Below are positions 1-8,858 of a DNA stretch of 64,000 nt, in pieces. The notes beneath the pieces are model-generated. The model ran no database searches and was not told where the DNA came from. It saw nothing but the letters and a program-made list of their open reading frames with translations. A program made the position numbers and the translations under genes. Source of the stretch: Bacteroidota bacterium (GTDB lineage Bacteria; Bacteroidota; Bacteroidia; Chitinophagales; Chitinophagaceae); the NCBI GenBank assembly GCA_018268135.1, contig JAFDXD010000121.1, positions 14,953-78,952 on the forward strand, given 5' to 3'. Position 1 is the stretch's first letter; every line of letters begins with the position of its first letter.

Positions 1-2214
1 TACCCGGCCTAATAAAATTTTATTTCCTAATGTTTTCCCCATTGTTTTCCTGGAAGCAACAGTTTCTCCAAAGGTTAATCCCTGAGTTTTCTTCCCTGGT
101 TCCTTGGAAGTAGTTGGGTTGATTGAAGTGTCCCCGGATCCAATGGTTATCAGCGTTTCATCATCTATCAAATAATTTATACTATAATTTACGGTATATG
201 ATCCGGTTTTCAGGTTATTCACTTCAAATTCGCCATTATCATCCGAAGTAGTACGAGCTGCACATCCTCCTCCGGGAGTTTTTCCAAGGCTAACTCCAAT
301 GCCCTTGAGAGGGGCCCCTTGCACTAGTTCATATCCCCCCGAACTATTGCCTCCAACAACATTATCCGATAAACCGTCAGCATCAAAATCAGTAATTGTC
401 GTTCGATTTAACCATATTGTTGGGCTCCAAACCGTATAGTGGCCATCTCTTCCTTGTCTTTCATTTATCGGTTGCGATTTGGTTCTTGTTTTTAATGCAT
501 CTGCCGCCTGCTCTGCAGTGCCGGTAGCAGTTTGTAATTGTACAAAAAGCGCTTCCTCTCCCTCCAACAATTGACCGGCAATATCGGTTTTCTTTTTAAA
601 GGTTACTCCATATTTATATTCATTAAGCACAGAGCCATAAACTTTTACAATATAGTTTGCAGTAGGGAGGTTGGCAAAATAGAAACTGCCGTCTGGCTCG
701 GTTGTAGTAGTTGCTAAGGTGGCGCCGGTATTAGGATTCAAAAGAGAGACGGTTAGCTCAGGTGTACCATCAGCATCTAAATCACCCCCCGGTTTCATTT
801 TACTTGCTCTCTCAAATAAAGGGTTCATAACTGTACCTTCTACAGCATCGTCCATTTCCCATTGTTTCGATGTATCAGCAAGAGCTAAAGGGATAGGCTT
901 CCAATCAACAGCTTTACCGGCATCACGATAAGACATATTTATAATAACTCCATTTCCCGGCTGGCTATTACTCTTTCTTCCGGCTGCATAAGATGAAGAC
1001 GCTGCGCCACCTGGCTTTCCCATTCCGCCAATGGATGATTTGTTAGTAGCAATACCATTTGCTTCTGCCGCAGATGATGATGAATATACCCGGCCTAATA
1101 AAATTTTATTTCCTAGTGTTGTTCCTGATTGCAACCCTGAAGCTACTTTTTCACCAAAGTTTTGACCTTGGGTTTGCCGTGTAGTGGTAGGCGTCATGCT
1201 TAAACGCTCGGCATATTGAGCCGCATCTGCAGGGCATGCAAATGTGGTTTCAGTTACAGACCCGTCAGAGTTTGTGTTCTTTTGAGTTACAGGGCCACAA
1301 CTTCCTTGGGATAGCCGTGAAGTGTTTGGTGTCATACTTAAGCGACTGGGCATGCTTGATATGCTTGGTATACCCGCTGTACGAGCAAAATTAGTTTCAG
1401 AAACAGAGTTACCCGGGTTTGTATTTACCCTACCTATTTCTTTTGTTATTACAAAAGGCTTATGCATCCTCTTACTGCTTTCGTTGCCACTGCCAAATGT
1501 TTTTACAATACCCACAGATGCGGTAAAGAGTTTTATATTCCGGTTTTGTTCTGTTGGTATATCAATACCTCTTTGAATATCTAAAAGGCGTATGGAAGAT
1601 TGGGTTTGAAAATAATCTGAACTAATAGAGAAACTGGTAGATTGATTAATAGGGTAAGCTAAATGTATGCTCCCCGAAAAACCCGGAAATATAGCATTAG
1701 AGCCACTCGTAAATTGATACAATGGCCTGGGAGAACCCTGGTCGTTTATAGTAAGACCCCCTGCATTATTATTAAAAAACCCACCTGCCAGGCTTGCGCC
1801 CCATTGCACTTTACTTCCAAATCGTATAGATGGCCCAAATAATAAATAACTGTTTCCCGGGTTAGATTTTATGATGGCTGCATCAACAGGAAATTTTCTG
1901 TCAACCAAAAATTTATTGACAGCACTGTTACTGATAGTGCCTAACATGGTACCACCTGTAATTCCTATACCAAATTTGCCAAAGAAATACTGGCCACTCA
2001 ATTTAGAAGCAAAGCCATTACCTCTAAACAGGTTGCTTTCATTATTACTCAAGCCAAAAGAGGCTCCGGCATTTAGGTCAAAGCTCCAGGCATCGGAAGT
2101 GCTGCTTTGTAACAAGCCGGCATTATTGTAATTTAATAAGTTTTGTTGGGCCTGCATACCTGGTATAAGCATCAATTGCAGGCATAAAAAGGTTAAAAAA
2201 GGTTTTACTTTCAT
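1..2214 (-). CDS. Secreted repeat protein, C-terminus cut by the window edge. Signal peptide, then a Gly/Ser/Asn-rich beta-barrel-like region, then Cna-B/carboxypeptidase-regulatory-like beta-sandwich modules.
   Basis: Absent from the ORF track because no stop lies in the window. I translated the minus strand from the ATG at 2214-2212 (MKVKPFLTFLCLQLMLIPGMQAQQNLLNYNN...). The stretches I translated by hand are open, and no listed minus ORF ends at 2214, so the frame should stay open to base 1 (738 codons). Motifs read directly: TEPDGSFYFANLPTANYIVKVYGS (about 610-700) and DDNGEFEVNNLKTGSYTV (about 190-250). Confidence 0.6.
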   Translation of the reverse strand, partial: MKVKPFLTFLCLQLMLIPGMQAQQNLLNYNNAGLLQSSTSDAWSFDLNAGASFGLSNNESNLFRGNGFASKLSGQYFFGKFGIGITGGTMLGTISNSAVNKFLVDRKFPVDAAIIKSNPGNSYLLFGPSIRFGSKVQWGASLAGGFFNNNAGGLTINDQGSPRPLYQFTSGSNAIFPGFSGSIHLAYPINQSTSFSISSDYFQTQSSIRLLDIQRGIDIPTEQNRNIKLFTASVGIVKTFGSGNESSKRMHKPFVITKEIGRVNTNPGNSVSETNFARTAGIPSISSMPSRLSMTPNTSRLSQGSCGPVTQKNTNSDGSVTETTFACPADAAQYAERLSMTPTTTRQTQGQNFGEKVASGLQSGTTLGNKILLGRVYSSSSAAEANGIATNKSSIGGMGKPGGAASSSYAAGRKSNSQPGNGVIINMSYRDAGKAVDWKPIPLALADTSKQWEMDDAVEGTVMNPLFERASKMKPGGDLDADGTPELTVSLLNPNTGATLATTTTEPDGSFYFANLPTANYIVKVYGSVLNEYKYGVTFKKKTDIAGQLLEGEEALFVQLQTATGTAEQAADALKTRTKSQPINERQGRDGHYTVWSPTIWLNRTTITDFDADGLSDNVVGGNSSGGYELVQGAPLKGIGVSLGKTPGGGCAARTTSDDNGEFEVNNLKTGSYTVNYSINYLIDDETLITIGSGDTSINPTTSKEPGKKTQGLTFGETVASRKTMGKTLGNKILLGRV

Positions 2215-2414
2215 TGTTTAGGGATTTTTTACTTAAGTTATGAATACAAATTATTTTACTAACGACCACCTGTAAATGTTTTTGTTAATTCAAAGTTATT
2301 ATAACGAAAAATATTTTTTGGTAGTATGTACAATTTATACTGTGTTCTACTATTACTACCGCTAAATTTATTAAGTGCTACTGCTGTTTTTTTTGTTATA
2401 AAAAAGTATTTACC

Positions 2415-2906
2415 CTACAGTTTTGGATAATCAAAAAATAAGAAATTTTTTTCCGCCTGCCTTAAATTACTCCAGCCATCAGTATTGATATTTACGGCAA
2501 ATACCGCACAGGTAGGCATATTGTCAATATGCACCTCCTTGATAAGGGTGTTTACAAATGAAGTAATGCCGGGGTTATGAGAAAAAACAGCAACCCGGTT
2601 ATGAATTTTATTTAAAGAAGATAAAACAGAATAAAAATCTTCCACTGTTGCATGATAAAGCGAATCAAAAAAAATAATATTATCTGTATTGGTATGATAT
2701 GCTTTGCAAAATGCCTGGCAGGTATTTTTAGCCCTTATGGCGGGGCTGCTTACAAAAGTGTCAATCACAATTTTTTTTTCAATAAGGCGCTTTGCCATTT
2801 CGGGGGCATCTTTTTTACCTCTTTCGTTAAGTTCTCTTTCAAAATCTGTCTTGCCAAAATCGGCCCAATTACTTTTAGCATGGCGTATAATAAATAATGA
2901 TTTCAT
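2415..2906 (-). CDS. sixA: Histidine phosphatase superfamily protein, SixA-like phosphohistidine phosphatase
   Basis: 163 aa. N-terminal catalytic RHAKS motif (MKSLFIIRHAKSNW) and a downstream VFSHNPG His motif. Size is typical of SixA. Confidence 0.6.
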   Translation of the reverse strand: MKSLFIIRHAKSNWADFGKTDFERELNERGKKDAPEMAKRLIEKKIVIDTFVSSPAIRAKNTCQAFCKAYHTNTDNIIFFDSLYHATVEDFYSVLSSLNKIHNRVAVFSHNPGITSFVNTLIKEVHIDNMPTCAVFAVNINTDGWSNLRQAEKNFLFFDYPKL

Positions 2907-3164
2907 ACAATGCTTTTATTTTACAAAATAATACAATAATCAGGCAAGAAATAATGAACAGGCCGGATATTAAAATAAATGAAGAAAGCTAATATTTTAA
3001 AATATGACAAGAATTCAGACAGAGTGTGATACCTATTACCTTGAACCCACTCTTTAATAAAGCCTGTTCATAAACTATCATACCATTTGCACTTTCTTTG
3101 TCATAAATCACTATTATACATCGGGTTCATTACTTATATTTGTTTTATCATAATTATGTAATTA

Positions 3165-4709
3165 ATGCCTTATTTCGACATAAAGATTCCAAAATCTATT
3201 GCAAGGGCTTTAAAGCTGCCGGTGAGTGATGCCAGGAGGCAGCAATTGAAAGTATTAAAAAAATTATTGAAGAAAGCCCGGTTTACACAATTTGGGCAGC
3301 TATATAAATTTGATGAAATACTATTAAGCAGGCATCCTGGCAAGCGGTTTCAGCAAATAGTTCCTACCTACAATTATAGTAAAATATATCAGGAGTGGTG
3401 GTACAAAACACTGGAAGGCATACCCGATGTATGCTGGCCGGGAGTAATAAAATATTTTGCCTTAAGCAGTGGCACAAGTGAAGCAGCAAGCAAATATATT
3501 CCTATTACAAAAGAGTTGATAAGGGGCAATACTATAACCAGCTTTAAGCAACTACTTAGCCTTACCAGGTATGAAGATGTACCTAAACGAGCAATAGGTA
3601 AAGGCTGGCTAATGCTTGGCGGTAGTACCCAGTTGCAAAAAGGCCCTACCTACTATGCCGGCGACCTTAGCGGCATTCAACAAAAAAATATACCATTTTG
3701 GTTTTTAGGATTAGGGCTTTATAAACCTGGCAAAAAAATAGCAAAAGTAAAAGACTGGTCAACCAAGTTAGAAGAAGTTGTAGAAAATGCACCTAACTGG
3801 GATATTGGTTTTATAGTGGGTGTACCGGCTTGGTTACAGCTTTGTATTGAAAAAATAATAGAGCGATATAAATTAAACAATATACATGAACTGTGGCCCA
3901 ACCTTGCTTTTTATGTACATGGAGGTGTAGCCATGGAGCCCTATAAAAAAGGATTTGAAAAACTATTGGGCAAGCCCATTACTTACATAGAAACCTACCT
4001 GGCAAGCGAAGGCTTTTTGGCATATCAAAGCAGGCAGGATACCAGGGGGATGCAATTGTCGCTAAACAATAATATCTTTTTTGAATTTGTACCTTTTGAT
4101 GATGTAAACTTTGATGCAGAAGGTAATATGGTGGACAACCCACAGGCGTATATGATACATGAAATAGAGGAAAATAAAGATTATGCAATTTTAATAAGCA
4201 CCAATGCCGGCGCCTGGCGTTATGCCATAGGCGATACCGTTAGGCTTACAGATAAAGAAAAATGTGAGATCATCATTACCGGTAGAACCAAGCATTTTTT
4301 AAGCCTTGTAGGCGAGCATCTAAGTGTGGACAATATGACAAGGGCCATAGAAATGGCATCGGAAGAATTGAATATTTTTATTCCGGAATTTACAGTTGCC
4401 GGCGTACCCCATGGCAATTTTTTTGCACATGAATGGTATGTTGGCACTAATGATAAAGCAGATGAAAAAGCCCTGGCAAAAATTATTGATGATAAATTAA
4501 AAGTGCTAAATGATGATTATGAAGTAGAACGAAGACATGCCCTTAAAGCTGTTACTGTAAAAATATTGCCCGAGCAAATATTTATGGATTTTATGAATGC
4601 AAAAGGAAAGGTAGGAGGCCAGCATAAATTTCCAAGGGTTTTAAAAGGTAAAATGCAGGATGAATGGAAATCTTTTCTTGCTAAGCATTCATTGGATAAA
4701 AATATTTAA
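3165..4709 (+). CDS. GH3 (auxin-responsive promoter) family acyl-adenylate-forming enzyme
   Basis: 514 aa. LSSGTSEAASKYIP adenylation motif and overall layout typical of bacterial GH3-family proteins common in Bacteroidota. Confidence 0.7.
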   Translation: MPYFDIKIPKSIARALKLPVSDARRQQLKVLKKLLKKARFTQFGQLYKFDEILLSRHPGKRFQQIVPTYNYSKIYQEWWYKTLEGIPDVCWPGVIKYFALSSGTSEAASKYIPITKELIRGNTITSFKQLLSLTRYEDVPKRAIGKGWLMLGGSTQLQKGPTYYAGDLSGIQQKNIPFWFLGLGLYKPGKKIAKVKDWSTKLEEVVENAPNWDIGFIVGVPAWLQLCIEKIIERYKLNNIHELWPNLAFYVHGGVAMEPYKKGFEKLLGKPITYIETYLASEGFLAYQSRQDTRGMQLSLNNNIFFEFVPFDDVNFDAEGNMVDNPQAYMIHEIEENKDYAILISTNAGAWRYAIGDTVRLTDKEKCEIIITGRTKHFLSLVGEHLSVDNMTRAIEMASEELNIFIPEFTVAGVPHGNFFAHEWYVGTNDKADEKALAKIIDDKLKVLNDDYEVERRHALKAVTVKILPEQIFMDFMNAKGKVGGQHKFPRVLKGKMQDEWKSFLAKHSLDKNI

Positions 4710-4732
4710 ATAATTTAACTGAAAATTTTTTA

Positions 4733-5377
4733 ATGACCGAGGCCATCATATCCGGATTGTTATTAGGGTTGGCTTTAATTTTTTCTGTAGGGCCGGTTAT
4801 CTTTACTATTATTAAGCTTCGTATCAATTACGGTATTGCTAGCGCTTTCTATTTTATTTCGGGGGTATGGCTTAGCGATATTTTATGGGTAGTAATTGCC
4901 AATGCCTTTGGCCAAATGCTCGAAAGCTTAATTATATATAAAGTGCAAATTGGTATTTGCGGAGGTATATTTTTAACAAGCCTTGGAATCTATTATTTAT
5001 TCTTTAAAAAATACCATACCAAGCAGGAGCTTGACCAGGGCGTGAAAATAGGGAATGCTACTCATGCAAAATTATTTATTACAGGATTTTTACTCAATAC
5101 CCTTAACCCCGGAGTAATAGCCCTATGGCTGGCAGCAGCTACCAAATCTACCGGCGAGCCTATAGAAAATATTGTAGCAACTTTTTCTATCTGTTTGAGC
5201 ATTAATATTGCTGCCGATTTTTTAAAAATAAACCTTGCAGGCCGCCTTAGGAAAAATTTAACAGATAAAAATATCAGTATTATCAATAAAATTTCAGGAT
5301 TATTGTTTCTTGCATTTGGTGTAGCACTTATACTTGGTGCTGTATATACAAAAGTACATAAACACATAGCCGCATAA
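4733..5377 (+). CDS. LysE/RhtB family amino-acid efflux transporter
   Basis: 214 aa, about 6 hydrophobic segments, LNTLNPGVIALWL-type motif. Confidence 0.65.
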   Translation: MTEAIISGLLLGLALIFSVGPVIFTIIKLRINYGIASAFYFISGVWLSDILWVVIANAFGQMLESLIIYKVQIGICGGIFLTSLGIYYLFFKKYHTKQELDQGVKIGNATHAKLFITGFLLNTLNPGVIALWLAAATKSTGEPIENIVATFSICLSINIAADFLKINLAGRLRKNLTDKNISIINKISGLLFLAFGVALILGAVYTKVHKHIAA

Positions 5378-5917
5378 ATGTGGAAACTATACATTATATT
5401 TTTTTTGCTGCCGCTAAATACTAAAGCACAATCAGATTTTATTATTCTTAAAAAGAAAAATAAAACTATTCAATCTTTTTATGCCGGCACCCATATTGCA
5501 TTTACAAGTACTAATGGTGCATATAGAGATGCAGAGATTACTCAAATTAAAAACGACAGTATTTTTTTGAGAGAATACCTGGTGCAAATGGTGCCAAGTA
5601 CCATGGGGTTTTTAATTAGAGATACAGTGGGAAGTTTTAGATATGTGTACCATTATACCGATATTAAAAGGTTTGGAAAAGAAGACAAACATTTTAATAT
5701 CTCCGGAAGTGGCGCATCACTAATGGGGGGCGGCTTTTTACTGGCATTTGGTAGCGGAATAGTATATTTGGCCGACAGGAAAAAGTATAGCCCCACTTTA
5801 TTATATGCCGGCCTGGGTGGTATGGGGCTTGGGTATCTGTTAAATAAAGCCGGTAGTAAAGGTATAGTGATAGGAAAAAAACATTACCATTTGCAATATA
5901 TGAATATGAGTAAATAA
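5378..5917 (+). CDS. Hypothetical secreted/membrane protein
   Basis: 179 aa. N-terminal signal-like segment (LYIIFFLLPLNTKAQ) and C-terminal Gly-rich hydrophobic segments. The ATG abuts the LysE stop (TAAATG). No recognisable family. Confidence 0.4.
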   Translation: MWKLYIIFFLLPLNTKAQSDFIILKKKNKTIQSFYAGTHIAFTSTNGAYRDAEITQIKNDSIFLREYLVQMVPSTMGFLIRDTVGSFRYVYHYTDIKRFGKEDKHFNISGSGASLMGGGFLLAFGSGIVYLADRKKYSPTLLYAGLGGMGLGYLLNKAGSKGIVIGKKHYHLQYMNMSK

Positions 5918-5953
5918 ATATTTTAGCCAAAAACATCCTGCTATTTTTATTAC

Positions 5954-6853
5954 ATGGCCCCTACTACATTTACTAACCGGTGGAAATTAATTAAAAAAAT
6001 ATTCTTTGTAATATTTGTAGTTCATATATCCTGGTTCCTGATTTTTATTTTTCAAAAATTTTCTGAAGCAAACTTTGTGGTTCTTAACCTAAAAACCAAA
6101 GTGCTGCTACTATTGGCGTTTATATTAATGGCAGCATTGGTATATTATTTTTTTCTTCGCAAAATTGTAATTGTAAAGAAGATTGCCAAAATCTTTAATA
6201 AGGTTTTTTTTATTTGCTACATTTCTTCTTTTTCTTATCTACTGTTAGGCGTTTTATTTAATCCACCCATTACCATTACTCAGTTTGCAAATCTGCTGGG
6301 CGGCTACGGCCTGCATAGAGATTATGTATCTGATGCAAACCTGGGGCCCAATATTAAGCTTGCTGTTATTGCTTCAGAAGACCAATTGTTTCCAGACCAC
6401 GATGGCTTTGACCTGAAGGCAATAAAGAAAGCAATAAAGTACAATAAGCGGCATATTGAAACCCAAAGAGGCGCCAGCACTATAAGCCAGCAAACTGCAA
6501 AAAATATTTTTTTGTGGCAGGGAGGTGGCTTTTTTAGAAAAGGGTTGGAAGTGTTTTTTACTTTTAGTATTGAAAAATTTTGGAGCAAGAGAACAATACT
6601 ATGCCGGTATTTGAACATAGCAGAAATGGGCAAAGGCATATTTGGCGCACAGGCTGCGGCAAAGACCTATTTTAATAAAGATGCAAAAGACCTTAGCCGG
6701 CAGGAAGCAGCCATGATAGCCGCCTGCCTGCCTAATCCTAAAAAATTTACAGTAGTACCTTTAAGCAGGTATGTACAACTAAGGACAGTAAATATATTGC
6801 GGCAAATGAATAATCTTGCTACCGACCCGGATATTCAGGAGCTGATAAAATAA
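5954..6853 (+). CDS. mtgA: Monofunctional biosynthetic peptidoglycan transglycosylase (GT51)
   Basis: GT51 motifs EDQLFPDHDGFD and RGASTISQQTAKN. N-terminal TM segments. No transpeptidase domain. Confidence 0.8.
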   Translation: MAPTTFTNRWKLIKKIFFVIFVVHISWFLIFIFQKFSEANFVVLNLKTKVLLLLAFILMAALVYYFFLRKIVIVKKIAKIFNKVFFICYISSFSYLLLGVLFNPPITITQFANLLGGYGLHRDYVSDANLGPNIKLAVIASEDQLFPDHDGFDLKAIKKAIKYNKRHIETQRGASTISQQTAKNIFLWQGGGFFRKGLEVFFTFSIEKFWSKRTILCRYLNIAEMGKGIFGAQAAAKTYFNKDAKDLSRQEAAMIAACLPNPKKFTVVPLSRYVQLRTVNILRQMNNLATDPDIQELIK

Positions 6854-6859
6854 CATTAG

Positions 6860-7405
6860 TTATAAAATATTGTTTACACATTCAATGGCGTATTGTAACC
6901 TCTCTTCATAATTGCCACTTATGATATGCCAGGGTGTATGTTGGTTTACCATTATTTCTTTATAATAATAAAAAAGTTTTTCTCTTGTTTTAAGGTCGGG
7001 GTATTCTCTTAAGTTGTCTTTAACCCAGGGGGCATCTGTATTGCAAAGCAGGTATAAATCATATTTCCGGTTGGCAATAGCGGTAAGAATACGGTTGTCG
7101 CATTGATTAAATACATATTCGCTCCATACCTGCATTACTACCATATCGGTATCTATCAATACCAACTGTTGATGTGGAGATAAACTTTGTACCGCTTTTT
7201 CTTCATTTGCTATCTGGCCCAGGGCTATTTGGTAAAGGCTATCTATCGTATAGTCTGTACCGTTAGTATCAAGGTATTCACGGGCATACTCCGGAGCCCA
7301 TTGGGTATTAAAATGTGCTGCCAACTTTTGGCAAAGGGTAGTTTTGCCAGTACTTTCGGGCCCTATTACTACTACCCGTTTTACTTTTTTGTCTTTTGAT
7401 TCCAT
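6860..7405 (-). CDS. NadR-type nicotinamide riboside kinase-like AAA ATPase
   Basis: 181 aa. Walker A GPESTGKTTL followed by the WAPEYAREYL motif typical of the NadR kinase domain. Lies in the same strand block as pnuC. Confidence 0.65.
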   Translation of the reverse strand: MESKDKKVKRVVVIGPESTGKTTLCQKLAAHFNTQWAPEYAREYLDTNGTDYTIDSLYQIALGQIANEEKAVQSLSPHQQLVLIDTDMVVMQVWSEYVFNQCDNRILTAIANRKYDLYLLCNTDAPWVKDNLREYPDLKTREKLFYYYKEIMVNQHTPWHIISGNYEERLQYAIECVNNIL

Positions 7406-7938
7406 GCCGGGTTAGTTTTTAAAACATTGTTGTATATGGTGCAATCTTTATCGTGTGCCCCGGGAAGGTAGCCTGTACTCATTAAAAATTCATTTACAAT
7501 TTCGCCGCCGGTAAACTTAAATGTTTTTTTAAAAACCTTTGACCACTCGGCTTTGCTTAGGGGATGTTGCTCATCAAGCCATTTTTTAAATGACCCAAAT
7601 TGTTTTTGTAAACAAAGAATAGCTTTTGCATTTTCTATAGCAGCATTTATTTTTAATCTATTGCGGATAATGCCTGTATCTTGTAAAAGGCGCTCCCTGT
7701 CTTTATCATGGTATGCAGCTACTTTTTTTATATTAAAATGGCTATACGCTTTTCTAAATGCTGTTTCTTTTTTTAAAATAGTGGACCAGCTAAGCCCCGC
7801 CTGATTTATTTCAAGTATGAACCTGCAAAATAATTCATCATCACTTTCTATCGGAAACCCATATAGTTTATCGTGATATTTTTTATGAAGGGCTTTATCG
7901 GCCTCTTTCATTTGTAAGATAGCTTTGCAGTAAGACAT
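7381..7938 (-). CDS. tag: DNA-3-methyladenine glycosylase I
   Basis: 185 aa. YHDKLYGFPIESDDELFCRFILEINQAGLSWSTIL is characteristic of Tag. The 3' end overlaps the downstream kinase start by 25 nt. Confidence 0.8.
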   Translation of the reverse strand: MSYCKAILQMKEADKALHKKYHDKLYGFPIESDDELFCRFILEINQAGLSWSTILKKETAFRKAYSHFNIKKVAAYHDKDRERLLQDTGIIRNRLKINAAIENAKAILCLQKQFGSFKKWLDEQHPLSKAEWSKVFKKTFKFTGGEIVNEFLMSTGYLPGAHDKDCTIYNNVLKTNPAWNQKTKK

Positions 7939-7994
7939 TCGTTGCTTTAGTTTCGGGCTGTTGTAAAAATTGTAAAGTTAAATACTACTAACTG

Positions 7995-8125
7995 ATTATT
8001 GTTGATTATTAATTAAATGCCGGGCGGCTGCCGGATGGGAGTGGCAGCCTGAGGAACGAAGGCTATAATGTACAGCCGGTGCTACTGTTGATTGTTGTAG
8101 GAGGCCGACAGCCCCACAGGCAACT
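7995..8125. repeat. GC-rich element at the pnuC 3' end; related to the element at 53205-53345
   Basis: A locally GC-rich block (gccggatgggagtggcagcctgaggaacgaagg...ggtgctactgttgattgttgtagg...) in AT-rich surroundings. By-eye alignment to 53205-53345 shows collinear similar blocks. Boundaries are approximate. Confidence 0.3.
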
Positions 8126-8768
8126 CCGGCTCTTCTGAATTATCCTTCTCCTCTTTGTATTTTTGTAACCAGGCTATTAGGCCAAATACAGCCATTATTA
8201 AAAGGATGACATAATAAACGCTTGTAAAAACATAATGTTTTACAAAATACAATGGGATAGATGCAATGTTGGTAGCAATCCACCAGTACCAGCTTTCTAT
8301 TTTCTTTTTGGCCATTAGCCACATGCCGGTAAATGCTGTAGCGCTTGCAAAAGCATCTGCCCAGGGAATGGCGTTTTGAGCAAAACTCTTTTTTAGTGCG
8401 GTGAGCGCAAAAAAGATTACAACGTAAAATACAGCAAAGAACAATACATGTTGCGTCCACTCTTTACCGTTAGCTTTTGTGATTTTTAAAATAGAATGAT
8501 GGGCCGCATCTTTTTTTGACCACAATATCCAGCCATAAATACTCATTACGGTATAATAAAAATTTACACTGGCTTCGCCAAACAAGCCGCCTTTGAAGCT
8601 TAAATAAATATAAAAAATGGTGTTTAATAACCCTGTGGGATACACTAAAATATTTTCTTTGCGGCTATACCATACACTGGCAATACCCGAAAACACTGCG
8701 ATATACTCCATCCAACCAGTACTTTTAATATCGGTTACAAACTGTGATACCAATTCGGCAATGCCCAT
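8082..8768 (-). CDS. pnuC: Nicotinamide riboside transporter PnuC
   Basis: 228 aa, multi-TM. WYSRKENILVYPTGLLNTIFYIYL and SIYGW motifs are typical of PnuC. The last ~20 codons read into the GC-rich element. Confidence 0.8.
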   Translation of the reverse strand: MGIAELVSQFVTDIKSTGWMEYIAVFSGIASVWYSRKENILVYPTGLLNTIFYIYLSFKGGLFGEASVNFYYTVMSIYGWILWSKKDAAHHSILKITKANGKEWTQHVLFFAVFYVVIFFALTALKKSFAQNAIPWADAFASATAFTGMWLMAKKKIESWYWWIATNIASIPLYFVKHYVFTSVYYVILLIMAVFGLIAWLQKYKEEKDNSEEPELPVGLSASYNNQQ

Positions 8769-8811
8769 ATCTTTTTAATTTAAAAATTGAAATTAAGTGA
8801 TTATTACAAAT

Positions 8812-8843
8812 AAAAAACCCCGGCAACCATTGCCGGGGTTTTT
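8812..8843 (-). terminator. Rho-independent terminator downstream of the M4 peptidase gene (bidirectional shape)
   Basis: 8-bp GC stem ccccggca/tgccgggg (8818-8825 with 8831-8838), 5-nt loop, with an A-run on one side and a T-run on the other. Confidence 0.7.
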
Positions 8844-8858
8844 GGGTATTTTTTACAC

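Noticed and set aside
719-2131. Three short plus-strand ORFs from the track (719-931, 1322-1576, 1871-2131)
   Set aside because: They lie antisense to a continuous 738-codon minus-strand frame that has a signal peptide and recognisable beta-sandwich motifs. Their products are low-complexity, so they are shadow ORFs.
8769-8858. Possible riboswitch upstream of pnuC
   Set aside because: The only strong structure there is the terminator hairpin of the convergently placed upstream M4 gene. I could recognise no conserved riboswitch core (NAD+, TPP or similar).
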